NCBI RefSeq assembly: GCF_032191835.1
Contig: NC_083231.1
Coordinates: forward strand, 103,478,001-103,542,000
Direction: 5' to 3'
Length of the DNA stretch: 64,000 nucleotides
Source of the DNA: Heteronotia binoei
Taxonomy: Eukaryota
The notes under the pieces are model-generated. The model had not been told where the DNA came from. It did no database searches and was given only the letters and a program-made list of their open reading frames with translations. Both the position numbers and the translations under genes were made by a program. Numbering within the stretch: position 1 is the first letter of the stretch; each line of letters begins with the position of its first letter. This document shows positions 22,545 to 34,562 of the stretch, in pieces.

Positions 22545-23320
22545 GCACTCTGCTGATTTTTCCAACAGAGGAGAAAAATTTCTCTTTGTCAGGTCTTTCT
22601 ACCCCATGCATATATTTATAAACCTCTATTACAGGAGTGTCAAACATGCGGCCCAGGGGCAAAATCAGGCTCCCAAACAATTAGCTGTCATCTGCTTTCT
22701 TCTCCCTCTTTCTTCCTTCCTTCCGCACCACAGCTTGCTTTGCCAGTCTTGCTCAATTGCACAGGAGCTACAGAGCAAAGCCTCTATTGTCTCCATCGGC
22801 TGAGGCTCCTCCCTTGGGGAGGAAGGGGGGGAGGGAGAGCTTGCTTTGCTAGGCTCTCACAATCGCACAGCAGACCTACTGAGTCAAGCCTCTCTTACTT
22901 CTATTGGCTGAAGCTCCTCCCCCTCTTGGTCTCCTGAGAAAGAAAGGAAAGAGCCAGAGCTTACTTTGCTGAGTTCCCTGGATCCCATGGGAAAGTTACA
23001 AAGAAAACACCTTAAGACTGAGTGCTAATATTTTAAGCATGTTTTATTTTAATTTTTTTTTTAAAAAAAATCTTTAATTGTGTTTGTTTGTGTCCTTTTT
23101 AAAGTTTATATATCTGCTACCTGGCATTACATTTTATGACACACTTGGCCCAGCCCGACAAGGTTTCATTTATGTCGACACCCCTGCTCCATCATGCTCC
23201 CCCCCAAGTCCTCTTCTTTCTAAACTGAAAAGTCCCAGGCCCTTCAGCCTTTCTTCATAGGGAAGGTGCACCAGCCCCCTAATCACCTTGGTTGCCCTCT
23301 TCCTTTCTTTTTCCAGCTCT
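22545..23320 (-). mobile_element. CR1 fragment split by hAT MITE
   Basis: ..ccccatgcatatatttataaacctctatta | ctccatcatgctcccccc..ttctaaactgaaaagtcccagg..tcttcatagggaagg is collinear with CR1 ORF2 3' region. Confidence 0.7.
22632..23186. mobile_element. Charlie-like non-autonomous hAT element
   Basis: Ends caggagtgtcaaacatgcggccc / gacacccctg; decayed TSD CTCTATTA vs CTCCATCA. Confidence 0.8.
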
Positions 23321-24022
23321 CTCCTTTTAAAAAAGCAAATACATAGATGAATATGCTATACAGGGAGAAGGACGAGGCACAGTGCCTAGAGGAGAAAGGC
23401 ATAACCTTGTCATTAAAGCCCGTCAAAGGTACAGAGGGAGAGAAATCTTCTTTTGAGTCAGTTTCAATGGGATTAGACTTATTGGGCCCTTAATTCTGGA
23501 GAATATCCAAACCACTTATGTGGAGTCTTTTGCCTATAAGTCAAGAGCTCTCATCCTTTGCCAATCCATCTCCATCGTTCCCTTCCTCAGAACTCGAAGG
23601 GGAAGTTTTGAGTTAAGTCCAGCAAGGCGGATGAGCTCACCTCTCCTCTCATAAAAGGGAAGCGCTGAGAAGGAAAATCTCGTTCTTCCTTCCGATTTCT
23701 GCCCCATCCTCAATGCTGTAGACTGAGCAGATAATAAAGCTTTCCCCATTTAAATACCATACATTTGTATAATGACTTGCCAGTCATAAAAAGGGGGAGA
23801 GAGAGAGAGTCTGAAAATGCAAGTGTTAGCTAGTCCTATTTTATGTTTGAAATGCAGAGAGAAAGAAAAATTTCAATATATTCTTGTCGTGCCGGGCTGG
23901 CTAAGAGGCTCTAAATCCCCACCATTTACCAAATTAAACTAATTGAAAGAACGTCCAGAAGCCACATCGGTAGACTGACGTTTGTTCCCCCCCTGCCTTT
24001 TGCTTTTCGACTCAGGGAAAAC

Positions 24023-24242
24023 NNNNNNNNNNNNNNNNNNNNNNNNNNNNNNNNNNNNNNNNNNNNNNNNNNNNNNNNNNNNNNNNNNNNNNNNNNNNNN
24101 NNNNNNNNNNNNNNNNNNNNNNNNNNNNNNNNNNNNNNNNNNNNNNNNNNNNNNNNNNNNNNNNNNNNNNNNNNNNNNNNNNNNNNNNNNNNNNNNNNNN
24201 NNNNNNNNNNNNNNNNNNNNNNNNNNNNNNNNNNNNNNNNNN
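24023..24242. other. Assembly gap (220 N)
   Basis: Run of N. Confidence 1.
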
Positions 24243-24627
24243 TGGAGGGCTCTTCAAGAATGGTTTGTGCGATATGATAGGCATTTGGGGAGGGGGAACC
24301 CTAAGATGTACCTGATAAAAGGATACACTCTGCGCAGCCATCTTGCTTGATCGGATTTCTTATCCTCTTGTGTTATCCCTCCTTCTTTGCCTCCCAGCAA
24401 GATCTCAGCCCTCCCTCTCCTTGAAATCGAATTGTTAAAATGGGATGACTTCTGCTCTTCAGAAAGGGACAAAATGACGCTGGAGCTCAGGAAACTTTTA
24501 CACTGAACTTCTTTTCTTGCTTACGCATATGAAGCTGCCTTCAACCATTGATCCATCTAAGTGAGTACTGTCTAGTCTGGTTGGAAATGGCTCTCAGTAA
24601 GATAAATTACTTCACATGGATGCGTGG

Positions 24628-25132
24628 CTCCATGAAGCTGCCTTATACTAAGTAAGACCGTTGGTCTATTAGTCACAGGAGGTGGTGGTGGCTACAAGCA
24701 TAGCCAGCTTCAAGAGGGGATTGGATAAACATATGGAGCAGAGGTCCATCACTGTCTATTAGCCACAGGGTATTGTTGGAACTCTCTATCTGGAGTAGTG
24801 ATGCTCTGTTTTCTTGGTGTTTGGGGAGAGGCAACAGTGGGAGGGCTTCTAGTGTCCTGGCCTCACTGATGGACTTCCTGATGGCACCTGGGTTTTTTTT
24901 TGCCACTGTGTGACACAGAGTGTTTGACTGGATGAGCCATTGGCCTGATCCAACATGGCTTCTCTTATGCTCTTATGTACTCAGATTGGCAGTGACTCTC
25001 TGGGGTCTTAAGCTGAGGTCTTTCCCATCACCTACCTCCTGGTTGTTTCAGTAGGAGATGCCGGGAGATTGAACATGGGCCCTTCTGCATGCCAGACAGA
25101 TGCTCTATCCCTGAGCCATAGTGCCTCCCCAA
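24628..25132 (-). mobile_element. Squam3-type SINE interrupted by CR1
   Basis: Tail gaagctgccttatact at ~24635; body resumes at tactcagattggcag ~24978; tRNA-Ala-like head. Confidence 0.75.
24674..24977 (+). mobile_element. CR1 LINE 3' end
   Basis: Reverse complement of the 3172 copy; ends tctcttatgctcttatg. Confidence 0.85.
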
Positions 25133-25167
25133 ATGCCTGTCATTCTTTTAACTAGAGAGACCTAAAA

Positions 25168-25225
25168 ATGGTCGCAAAGAGTTGAACTTGACTGTGCGAC
25201 TGAACAACAACAACAACAACAAAAA
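25168..25225 (+). mobile_element. RTE/BovB-type 3' terminus
   Basis: ggtcgcaaagagttgaacttgactgtgcgactgaa(caa)n matches the recalled BovB 3' end. Confidence 0.7.
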
Positions 25226-25253
25226 TGCATCTGTGCCTTTTCACATTAAGTAC

Positions 25254-25446
25254 CAATACTCCCTCTAAACTCTGGAGTCTTGTGAGCAAAGATTCTACTT
25301 CATGAGCTACTGCCATTAAAGTTGTGAGTTACTGCATAAATTAGTTTGCTCTGGGGCCATTTTTCCTGAGCTAAGACAAAAATGTGTGAGCCGGAAGCTA
25401 AAAACTGTGAGCTGGCTCATGCTAATTCAGCTGAGAGGGAACACTG
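25254..25446 (+). mobile_element. hAT MITE (CAGTGTTCCCTCTAAG TIR)
   Basis: TSD TTAAGTAC / TTAAGTAT; second copy at 54055. Confidence 0.85.
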
Positions 25447-25984
25447 TTAAGTATGTGTTCTGCCACTAAACCTTAGATCTTTCCCAAAGGAATAGGATCC
25501 TTTCTTCCCCCACCCTCCCTATTCCCAGTGCAAGCTTGTCTGGATTTCCAACCCCAACCCAAAGGTAGCATCATGCCCCTCCAGATCATGGGTTCCAATC
25601 CTTGTTAAGCCTGTGGGCTGTTTTGGAATGTTGGGAAAGGGTGGCAAGTGCCACCACAAAATGGCTGCCATAGGGGTGGGGCCAATCTCAAAATGGTGGG
25701 GGGTTCCAAGACAAGCACCCTCCATACTGGTAGCAGCTTTTTCTAAATGGGTGCTCCATGGATGCATAAAAAGGGTGCATTCTGGGATGTTCTGAAGCAT
25801 TTTCTGCACCAAGAACATAGATGATAACTGAGACCAGCTCTTTGTTTTGAGGAAGAGGTCATTTTGATTTCAATTTCCAAAGAAAGCTGAACATTTGCTC
25901 CCTACATGACTACAAGGAGAAATTTCCAAGTCAAACATAAGGTGCTGGGAATGACCTGGCACCTCAGATACAATCAACATGCAC

Positions 25985-26198
25985 ACATGAACATACGAAG
26001 TTGCTTTATACTGAATCAGACCTTGACCCATCAAGGTTAGTATTGTCTACTCAGACTGGCAGCAGCTTTCCAGAGTCTCAGGCAGAGGTCTTTCACATCA
26101 CTTACTGCTAGATTCTCATACTGGGGATGCCAGGGATTGAACCTGGAACCTTCAGCATGCCAAGCTGATGCTCTACCACTCAGCCACGGCCCTCCCAT
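25985..26198 (-). mobile_element. Squam3-type tRNA SINE
   Basis: Minus head ggaggg.ccgtggctgagtggtagagcatcagcttggcatgctgaaggttccaggttcaatccc; tail cagtataaagcaacttcgtatgt. Confidence 0.85.
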
Positions 26199-26272
26199 CC
26201 CCATGTTGGGGGATTGCTGTCGTACACCAAGAAGACCTGTAGTGTTTCTTGGTGCAAGTACTTCCACATACC

Positions 26273-26572
26273 TCAGATTACAGAATATGAAAACAAGGTA
26301 CAGAAAACTCCTTAAACTAAAAACAAAACAAAACCCATTCCTTAAAACAAAAATTAAGAATTGTTTTATGGAGATTGCGAGTTTTTATGCAAGGTAGAAA
26401 TTTCTTTGTAAGAAATTTTTGTACTTCAGGTTATAGAATATAAAAACAGGATACAGAAGACTCCTTAAACTAAAAAAAAAAAAATCCCCCATTCCTTAAA
26501 AAAAAGAAATGAAGAAATATTTTATGGAGATTGCGAGTTTTTATGCAAGGTGGAAATTTCTTTGTAAGAAAT
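26273..26572 (+). repeat. Diverged tandem duplication, ~150-bp unit
   Basis: 26273-26416 and 26426-26572 share actccttaaactaaaa..ttttatggagattgcgagtttttatgcaagg..tttctttgtaagaaat. Confidence 0.9.
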
Positions 26573-26984
26573 GAGAGCTCCCAGGAGTGAGGGCCAATTT
26601 AAAATGTATTTAAAATCCTTCTGCCCACTGTAATGAGATATAAATGAAGTGTCAGCTGCAGAGAAATAATTTGAGATTTTACCTCCACACATCCTTGTAA
26701 CTTATTGGACTTTGTGCTTTGTTCTCCCACCCACACAGAAAATGTTATTGCTTTGTATTTGGAGATTCCAGTCGCTTCTTACCCCCTTATTTTATTTATT
26801 ACTTTTATTTTATTTTTAAAGGGTATTTATTAACAACACAGGCAGGACCCAATGTGAGAAACAGCAATAAAGAGAATACAGAAAAATCAGTGAAGCACAT
26901 CGTTAAAATAAATAAGCCAGAATCAGATGTATTAGCTCCAATCAACCCTCTTAAATGGTTCTGTTTCACAGCCTCATGGAAAGG

Positions 26985-27192
26985 TAGGGTTGCCATCCTC
27001 CAGGTGGAGCCCAGAGGTCTCCAGGTAGAACCCAGAGATCTCCATAAATCACCACTGATCTCCAGGTGACAGAAATCAGGTTCCCTGGAGAAAATGGTTG
27101 CTTTTGGACTATATGCTGTTATACTCCACTAAGGTCCTTCTCCAGGCTCCACCCCCAAATCTTAAGTTTTCCAACCTGGAATTGGCAACAGT
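26985..27192 (+). mobile_element. TAGGGTTGCCA-type hAT MITE
   Basis: tagggttgccatcctccaggtgg..ctggaattggcaaca. Confidence 0.8.
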
Positions 27193-27559
27193 ATGGGATG
27201 TCCTGAGGGGAGACTGTGACTGAGGGGACACTGTTGCCGGGTAACAACAGAAGAGGTCCAGGGATCTGCTGTGGCAGATCACATTCTCAAATGAAGGGAC
27301 TGCTAGGGGATCCTGTTGTGAGGAGCATAAGTACCACACAGATGCATATTGGGAGAGACTGTTCTTCAGGTAGGTGAGCCCCAGATAATGAAGGACTTTA
27401 AAATATCACTGAAAGTCAAAGCCCTAGCAGTAAAGAGATATCATGCAATTCCTTGGGGCCTGTAAAACGGTTCCACCAGGCCTTTGGTAGAGGTAGTGCC
27501 GTGGCTGCCTGGCCTCTGGCATCCCCTGCCTACACTGCCTGAGTGAACTGCCCTTTCTT

Positions 27560-27785
27560 AAAGACTGTTATGGCAGATGTTGAATGTGCCTTTGTTTTGG
27601 TCACCATATGCCATACACTTGTGGGAGGTATTTGTGGATGCTGGAAATTGAGTCTCTGCTGTCAGTTTAATTTTTTTTTAATTCCGCATGAACTGTATTT
27701 ATTATATTATTTATCTGCTGTTACCTGCCCTGAGCTTGCTTGTGGGGAGGGTGGGATATAAATCCAAAAAGAAATAAAATAAATA
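27560..27785 (+). mobile_element. L2-type LINE 3' end
   Basis: ctgccctgagcttgcttgtggggagggtgggatataaatcc + (aaata)n. Confidence 0.6.
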
Positions 27786-27828
27786 TTGTAGCATAATAAC
27801 AAACCAATAATCCGTAATCATCATAACC

Positions 27829-28188
27829 TAGGGTTGCAAGGTCTTACCTGTCTCCTGGCAGGGGATCTTCCTTGTGCACAAAAAGTATGCGTGGTACAAT
27901 GACGTCATCTGGAAGTGACGTTATTACGCTGGACATGTCACTGGGGGACACTCTAACATTTGGGAAAACTCTATGATTATCATAGAGCTTTTTCCAAATG
28001 CTAGAGCATCCCCCTGTGATGTGTCTACCACAATAATGTCACTTCCGGGTAATGTCATCGTGCCAGGCACGTTGCGGGGCACTGGTGCTCTTTGGGGCAG
28101 GTCTCCTCGCCAGCCAGTCCTGAAATGGTGGGTTAGAGGCCCTGAAATTGGGGGAAGCCCTGCCCCCAGCGGGAGGCTGGAAACCCTA
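27829..28188. mobile_element. 360-bp TAGGGTTGCA-type hAT MITE with internal palindrome
   Basis: Perfect TSD TCATAACC (27821-27828, 28189-28196); partial relatives at ~37290-37510, ~55930-56130 and ~63520-63715. Confidence 0.9.
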
Positions 28189-28274
28189 TCATAACCATCA
28201 GCACCAATGCCCAAACTGATGCGCTCTCATGAGCAGCACCCTTGTTGGTTTGTGCTCATGGGTAAATAGAGTCA

Positions 28275-28475
28275 ACGATGTGGTGTGGTGAGTGAAAGAC
28301 TGGGATCTGAGAGATGCAGCTTCAGATCTCCTCTCTGCCTCAGAAGCTTGCTTGGTGACGTTGGACCAGTCACACACTCTCAGCGTAACTTCCCTCACAT
28401 GATTGTTGGGAGGATAAAATGGAAGAGACGAGACTGATGTAAGCAATACCCACTGGGAAGAAATATGGTTATAAA
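28275..28475 (+). mobile_element. Older Squam2/MIR-like SINE
   Basis: gtggtgtggtgagtgaaagactggg head; ggtgacgttggaccagtcacacactctcagc core. Confidence 0.6.
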
Positions 28476-28693
28476 GAGGGCTGCTAACCTCCGTGTGGGG
28501 CCTGGAGATCTCCCAAAATTCCAACTGGTCTCCAGACTACAGAGATCATTTCCCTTGGAGAAAATGACTGCTTTGGAGGATGGACTCTACAGCATTATAT
28601 CTCACCAATGTTCTTCCCTTCCTCAAACCCCGGCCTTTCCAGGCTCCACCCCCAACTTTCCAGGAATTTTTCAACCCAGAATTGGTAATCCTA
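28476..28693 (+). mobile_element. TAGGGTTGCCA-type hAT MITE
   Basis: TSD GTTATAAA / GGTATAAA; full length. Confidence 0.85.
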
Positions 28694-28769
28694 GGTATAA
28701 ATTAAATAAATAAATAAATATATGGGAGAGCTTACAAATCCATCAACTTGCAAGTCATTTCATTTCATT

Positions 28770-29065
28770 TTTTCATTTTTCATTTTATTTGATTTATATC
28801 CCGCCCTACCCCACCAAAGCGGGCTCAGGGCAGCTCACAACATAAAAATTCTAACAATAAAATTCAAGAATTAAATTACAATAATAATTTACATAATTAA
28901 AACAACTAATATATCAATACATCAATCAGTCTCAGTGTGCTATCTTATAGTCTTCCGTCAGAATATTTCAATATTTCAATGTTTCAATGCCAGTCAGTTA
29001 TAAGCCAACCAGAAGAGGGCTGTCTTACAGGCCCTGCGGAACTGTCCAATGTCCCTCAGGGCCGT
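28770..29065 (-). mobile_element. L2-type LINE 3' end
   Basis: ttatatcccgccctaccccacc..gggctcagggcagctcac tail; minus strand cagttccgcagggcctgtaagacagccct (FRRACKTAL, L2-like ORF2 end). Confidence 0.7.
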
Positions 29066-29195
29066 GACGTTTTCTAACATTCATTTCCCTGACACACTTT
29101 CTGCAGTGTCACAGTGATGCATTCCCTTACTGTCCTCATGGCTCAGCACAGCTCAGCTGGTAGGACTACTTTGGCAGATGTGGGACCAAAGGCAG

Positions 29196-29566
29196 CAGTG
29201 CCAGATTAAACTCTGTGGAGGTCCCTAGGCAGTCGAAATCTTGTGGGCCCCTTCACAAATTATCTCAGAGTCTGAGCACCTGCCCCGCTGCCTGTAGCCC
29301 CTGCTGCAGCCTACAGGCACTTTCTTAAAAGCCCCTTTTACTAAGTTGTGGGGAAGAGGCAGAGAGAGCCAAACTTGGCGACAATGCCAGCAGCAACCAC
29401 ACCAGGCAAGTCAGGCAAAGAGTGACTCAGTTGCTGGCTGTGCGTGCAGGCTGGGAGGGCTGCAAGCAGGGAAGGGAATGGGGTGGGGGAAGCTGGCATG
29501 GGGCCCCTAAAGGAATGGGGACCCATAAGCCAGTGCCTACTTGGCCTAATTGTTAATATCGCGCTG
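29196..29566. mobile_element. Non-autonomous hAT element (CAGTGCCAGATTAA terminus)
   Basis: Ends cagtgccagattaa / ttaatatcgcgctg; perfect TSD AAAGGCAG (29188-29195, 29567-29574). Confidence 0.85.
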
Positions 29567-29759
29567 AAAGGCAGGGAGGACAGAAACCTTCGTTTTCTGC
29601 ATGGAAGTCTGAGAAATGGTTTCAGAAGCCTGAAAATGACAGGTGTCTGAAACCATTTGCCACGGAGTATTTAAGAAGTAAATGACAGGGGGAAAGGCCT
29701 GGTTCAGAGGAAATTACCAGTTTCTTTGTGCGAATACGTGGAGATAGATCAAGATGGGT

Positions 29760-29980
29760 ATTAGTCTGTCTGTAACAGTAGAAAAGAGCAAGAGTCCGAC
29801 AGCACCTTAAAGACTAACAACATTTGTGGAAGGGAATGAGCTTTTATGAGCTCTGGCTCACTCCTTCAGATAGCAAGATATCTGAAGAAGTGAGCAATGA
29901 CTCACAAAAGCTCACCCCCTGACACAAATTTTGGTTTTTTAAAAGGTGCTCCTGGACTCTTGCTGTTTGTGCCAATATGT
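29760..29980. mobile_element. Inverted pair of Penelope-like terminal repeats with degenerate hammerhead cores
   Basis: aagagcaagagtcc..gcaccttaaagactaac..gagctttt..ctcactccttcagata is mirrored by tatctgaagaagtgagc..ctcacaaaagctca..aaggtgct.ctggactcttgct. Confidence 0.75.
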
Positions 29981-30737
29981 TTTTGCTCTGACAGCAAGGC
30001 TGTTGTCCTCGGACAGCTGAATATTTGGCGCAAACAAGACCTGTCCAAACATGCATTTAGTCAAGCAAAGGGGTTTTTTTTGGGGGGGGTGGGGTGGGGG
30101 GAGAACTGACTGTAATAAGTTTGTCTTTCTCTCCTGTTTGCCTCATTGTCAATGCCTCCAAAGGGACTGCATTCATTTTACCTCTCATTTAGTCCACCGT
30201 ACCACATTCTTCCCAGAAGGGGATTACAGCCCTTTACTGTGCTACTACTATTATTATTGTTGTTATTATTTTGCCCTTCAGATTGTGATCCTAATTACCA
30301 TGTCTGCCTAGAAGACTCAGGTGTATGAATGAGCTTGTTTGCCAGATTTATTCTCCAGTGATTGCTTCTGGGCAAGATATTCATAAGGCTTATTGAAACC
30401 GTCCCTGAGTGAAATGAAAGTGTCACGATCCCAGGCTAAGTGACAATTTCTTCCTTCAATGAGCTAAAGGAGGCAGGTTACTCTTAATTATTTACGACCC
30501 AACCTGTGGAATAGCTCTTCAGTTATTATTACGGATAAATTGTTATCGTCACACATCTAGGAATGGCTATGCTAGACTGTGAACCCATGGGAATGATCTG
30601 TATTTTCCCTCTTTCTATTAATACCTAGCATTTGTATAATACTTTCAAATATTCCAAGTGCCTTGCATTTACTCTCTTCCTGTCATTATTACAAGAAACC
30701 TGTAAAATAGGTCAATGTTATCTCGTGATATAATTGG

Positions 30738-30739
30738 GA

Positions 30740-30771
<32 letters not shown>

Positions 30772-30772
30772 T
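30738..30772. repeat. (GT)n microsatellite
   Basis: gtgtgtgt run. Confidence 0.95.
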
Positions 30773-30788
30773 GTACCTGCTTAGTAAG

Positions 30789-30979
30789 CAGGGCTTTTGT
30801 TGAGCAGGAACGCACCGAAACACAGTTCTGGTGTTAAGGGGGTGTGGCCTAATATGTAAATGAATTCCTGCTGGGCTTTTTCTACAGAAAAGCTGTATGC
30901 GAAACAATGGTGACATCAGGGGGTGTGGCCTAATATGCAACTGAGTTCCTGCTGGGCTTTTTCTACCAAAAAAAGCCTG
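30789..30979 (+). mobile_element. Asymmetric CAGGGC-family hAT MITE with internal duplication
   Basis: Two ggggtgtggcctaatatg..ttcctgctgggctttttctac units; TSD TTAGTAAG / CCAGTAAG (6/8). Confidence 0.8.
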
Positions 30980-31197
30980 CCAGTAAGTACCTTGATGAGA
31001 TGAAATTTGAATGAGGGACTTTGGGTTTACACATGGGGATGGGCTTGTGTCTTAACTGTTAGAAACAGAGGAGTGTATGCTGTCTCCTGCCTCAGTTTTT
31101 GGAGGCAGCACCATAGATTTAGATAGAGGGGGTCCGAGGATGCAGGGCATCCTTTCCTTCCTGTTATCAGATACTGTCCTTTGAAGTAGAATGCTCA

Positions 31198-31379
31198 CGG
31201 CCTTTTTTTTTGTGGCAGGAATTCCTTTTTTGCGGCAGAAACATCCCCCTAATGTAGCCATTCCTCCAAGAGTTTACTGGGCTCTTCTTACAGGGCCTAC
31301 TGTAAGGTCTTGGAGGATTGGCTACATCAGGGGGGTGTAGCCTAATACGCAAAGGAGTTCCTGTAACAAAGAAAGCCCT
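31198..31379. mobile_element. Palindromic CAGGGC-family MITE
   Basis: Foldback as at 14747. Confidence 0.8.
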
Positions 31380-31726
31380 AAGAATGCTATTCTGAGGGAC
31401 AAGACTTCCTTCCTTCCAGCTTAACACTTCTCTCTCCCACACACACAAAGAAGGAGCATGTTCTCCATCTTTGGCAATATGGATGCAGTCTCCATCTACA
31501 TCCATCCCTATTGTTAGAATAGATTCTGTCTCTATCTCTCATCTATAGTATCTCGAATGAAGTACTCTAACAAAGAACTCTTTAGTTTAAAGTGACAATT
31601 GGCTCAGTGTAACTTTGTACTGCTGCTAGCACATGCACAGTACCAAGCTGTTGCTGTGTGAAGCCTTTTTAGTGCACTCTGATACATGAGAGAGATCCCT
31701 GGCTGTACCATACCAGTAAATCTAAC

Positions 31727-31897
31727 CAAGGCTTTTTTTGTAGCTGGAACTCCTTTGCATATTAGGTCACACACCCCTGATGTAGCCAATCCTCCAAGAG
31801 CTTACAGGGCTCTTAGTACAGGGTCTACTGTAAGCTCCAGAAGGATTGGCTACATCAGGGGTGTGTGGCCTAATATGCAAAGGAGTTCCTGCTACAA
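31727..31897. mobile_element. Palindromic CAGGGC-family MITE
   Basis: Foldback as at 14747; right tip replaced by a poly-C run. Confidence 0.85.
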
Positions 31898-32554
31898 CCC
31901 CCCCCCCCTCCCAAACCTGAACCTGAACCTAACAATATCCTCGTGGCTGCTGCAACTGGCAATAAACGGCAGGTTTCCCTGACATTTTGCTGCCCCAGTC
32001 CTTCAGCTGCTGGTGTCCCCAAACCTGCAGCACTGGGGGTTTTCCAGGGTGTTTTTTTAATGGCATTTGAATATTATTATATCAATATAACATGTGCACT
32101 ATGTGCCCTGAATCCCCAGCATGCAATTTTATTTATTTTTTTTTTTAAAGTAAGTCTCTATTCCCTTTCATTGTGAGCTTTGCCTTTCCCCTGATAGGGA
32201 CTTACTTTTTCAATAAATTAATCTGGGAATTTGGAGAACCTGGTGCCTAGATGGTTATAATGTAACTTCAATATAACAATATTAAATTGCCATTTTTAAA
32301 TAGAAAAAATAGAAAACTCTCCTATGCATTGGTTGAAGGAATGGCCCCTGTGAGGACAGGGGAAATTACTACCATGTAGATGGGAAAATCAGAACTTTCC
32401 TACCCACATGGGTTCAAAGGTTATCTCTCCCAAAACTTTGCAGCAAAGCAAGTTTGAGAAAAAACTGGAGAAAAGCCAGGGATGTGCATGAATGCACCGT
32501 GACACTGGGGAAGCTGGGAAAAAAATGCTTCCTGACAGTATTGAACCCAGAATT

Positions 32555-32856
32555 GAACCCCTTGGTGCAGAGTGGTAAAGCTGCAGTACTGCTGTCCAAG
32601 CTCTCTGCTCACGACCTGAGTTCGATCCTGGCAGAAGTTGGGTTCAGGTAGTCGGCTCGAGGTTGACTCAGCCTTTCATCCTTCTGAGGTCAATAAAATG
32701 AGTACCTAGCTTGCTGGGGGGGGGGGAAGCGTAGATGACTGGGGAAGGCAATGGCAAACAACCCCTTAAAAAGTCTGCCGTGAAAATGTTGTGATGCGAT
32801 GTCACCCCAGAGTCGGAAACAACTGGTGCTTGCACAGGGGACTACCTTTACCTTTT
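32555..32856 (+). mobile_element. Sauria-type SINE, full length
   Basis: tRNA-like head ggtgcagagtggtaaag..gagttcgatcc; 3' cagagtcggaaacaact..(accttt)n tail typical of BovB-mobilised Sauria SINEs. Confidence 0.85.
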
Positions 32857-32899
32857 AAAATAACCCATATGAAGTGGCCTTATATGAAAGTAACAGCTC

Positions 32900-33155
32900 C
32901 ATTGTTGTATGATCCACTGTATCAAAGGCTTCAGATAAGCCCAGTAAGGGCAAGAAAAGGGTCATGGCCTTTGTCTACGTCCATCCAGAGCCCATCAACT
33001 AACATCACCAGGGCTGTCTCTGTCCGAAAGGCTGGTCTGAAGCCAGGGTGGAAAGAGTCCAGAGCAACTGAGTTATCCAAGAAGATATGGAGTTGGTCCA
33101 CTACTGCTTTCTCAATCACATGAAGCCTATATATATGATCCCTTGTTTCTTCCAT
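32900..33155 (-). mobile_element. L2/CR1-clade LINE reverse-transcriptase fragment
   Basis: Minus ORF VVDQLHIFLD..LDSFHPGFRPAFRTETALVMLVD..DVDKG resembles the LDPFQSGFRPGHSTETAL motif. Confidence 0.85.
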
Positions 33156-33757
33156 GATCTAAGTAGTTCAGGAGATGACCAGTCTTTTAGTTCTTGAGTA
33201 TTGCACCTAAGAGGAAGTTCTGATCCATACAAGTGCACAATCTCTGTACAATCCCTGTTGGATTGTTCTTTTTCAAGATGGTGGTAGCAGGAACTGGGAT
33301 CCTGGAGGTCACAGCCAGCTGCAAACTTGCTTTGCCCAGATAATATTACTGGCCAACAACAACAACAACGTTAGTCACATTTTTCCTGCCAGAGAAAGGG
33401 ATGTATTATTCACATTTAGTTATGTTTGGGAACTGCTACTGGTGGATCAATATATTGAGGATGTTAACTGTTGTTTGTCATGTACAAAAGTCTGTTATTA
33501 TTTATGCATTATTTCAATTTATATTCCGCCCTCCCTGCAAGTGGGCTAAGTTCTCCAGGTTTTTCACTAGGGTAGCCTGCCTGAAGTGTAAAGGGGGGCC
33601 CTTCTGGCAATGTTGGAGATTCCCCCCCCCTTCCCTGTCATGCTGACCCACCAGCAGGCAGTGGGAAAAGAGGCTGCCATGAGGAAGTCTCCCACCAATC
33701 CAGAAGAACTGGCAGCCTTATGACCTTTGCTTCTTCCACAGAGTTCCAGGCAGCAAA

Positions 33758-33941
33758 CAGGGCATTTTTTTGTAGCAGGAACTTCTTTGCATATTAGGCC
33801 ACACACACCCTGATGTAACCAATCCTTCTGGAGCTTACAATAGGCCCTGTACTAAGAACCCTGTAAGCTCTTGGAGGATTGGCTACATTAGGGATGTGTG
33901 ACCTAATATGCAAAGGAACTCCTGATACAAAAAAAGCCCTG
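33758..33941. mobile_element. Palindromic CAGGGC-family MITE
   Basis: Foldback as at 14747. Confidence 0.85.
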
Positions 33942-34289
33942 GTCTTTTCTTTATCTTTCTTGCTGCCTATTTCAAATTCTGCAAGTATTCAAATATCTAT
34001 TGAAGGAAACGTAGGGAAAATAACAAATTAGAATTCATGTTATTAGTCTACAGACATTCATTTGAGAAACGGAATTAGGGCTTTCATGACCCAGGCAGCT
34101 TTCTTTATAAGCCCTTCATTATCTTGCCACACCGCCCCCCCCCCCCCCGGTAAGTTAGGTTATGCTGAGGGAGAACTGCCCCCAAGTTATCCAGTGAGCT
34201 AAACTGCTATGTGGGGATCCAATCCTACTTTTTTGATATTTTTAAAGTATGTGTGTGCGTGCACACCTGGAAATCATGGCAACCTCATA

Positions 34290-34437
34290 TTCAGAGGTGG
34301 CTGAATAAAGCCTGCCCCCACTTCCTACCTCTTGTATTTCAAGGAGGTCTCCCATCCAAGTACTTGCCAGGGTTGGCCCTGCTTTGCTTCCAAGATCTGA
34401 TGAGATCGGGCTTGCCTGGCATATCCAGGTCAGAGCC
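34290..34437 (-). mobile_element. 5S rRNA-headed SINE
   Basis: Minus strand aagcccgatctcatcagatcttggaagcaaagcagggccaaccctggcaagtacttggatgggagacc. Confidence 0.8.
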
Positions 34438-34489
34438 TTAGTTCAACATTCTATCTACCACCCTGCACTGCTTCTCACAATACACAAAT

Positions 34490-34562
34490 GACTGTTAGCC
34501 TCCCTGAGTCCGCTCGCGGAGAGGGTGGGATATAAATCTAAGGTAAATAAATAAATAAATAT
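34490..34562 (+). mobile_element. L2-type 3' tip
   Basis: tgttagcctccctgagtccgctcgcggagagggtggggatataaat + (aaat)n. Confidence 0.65.
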
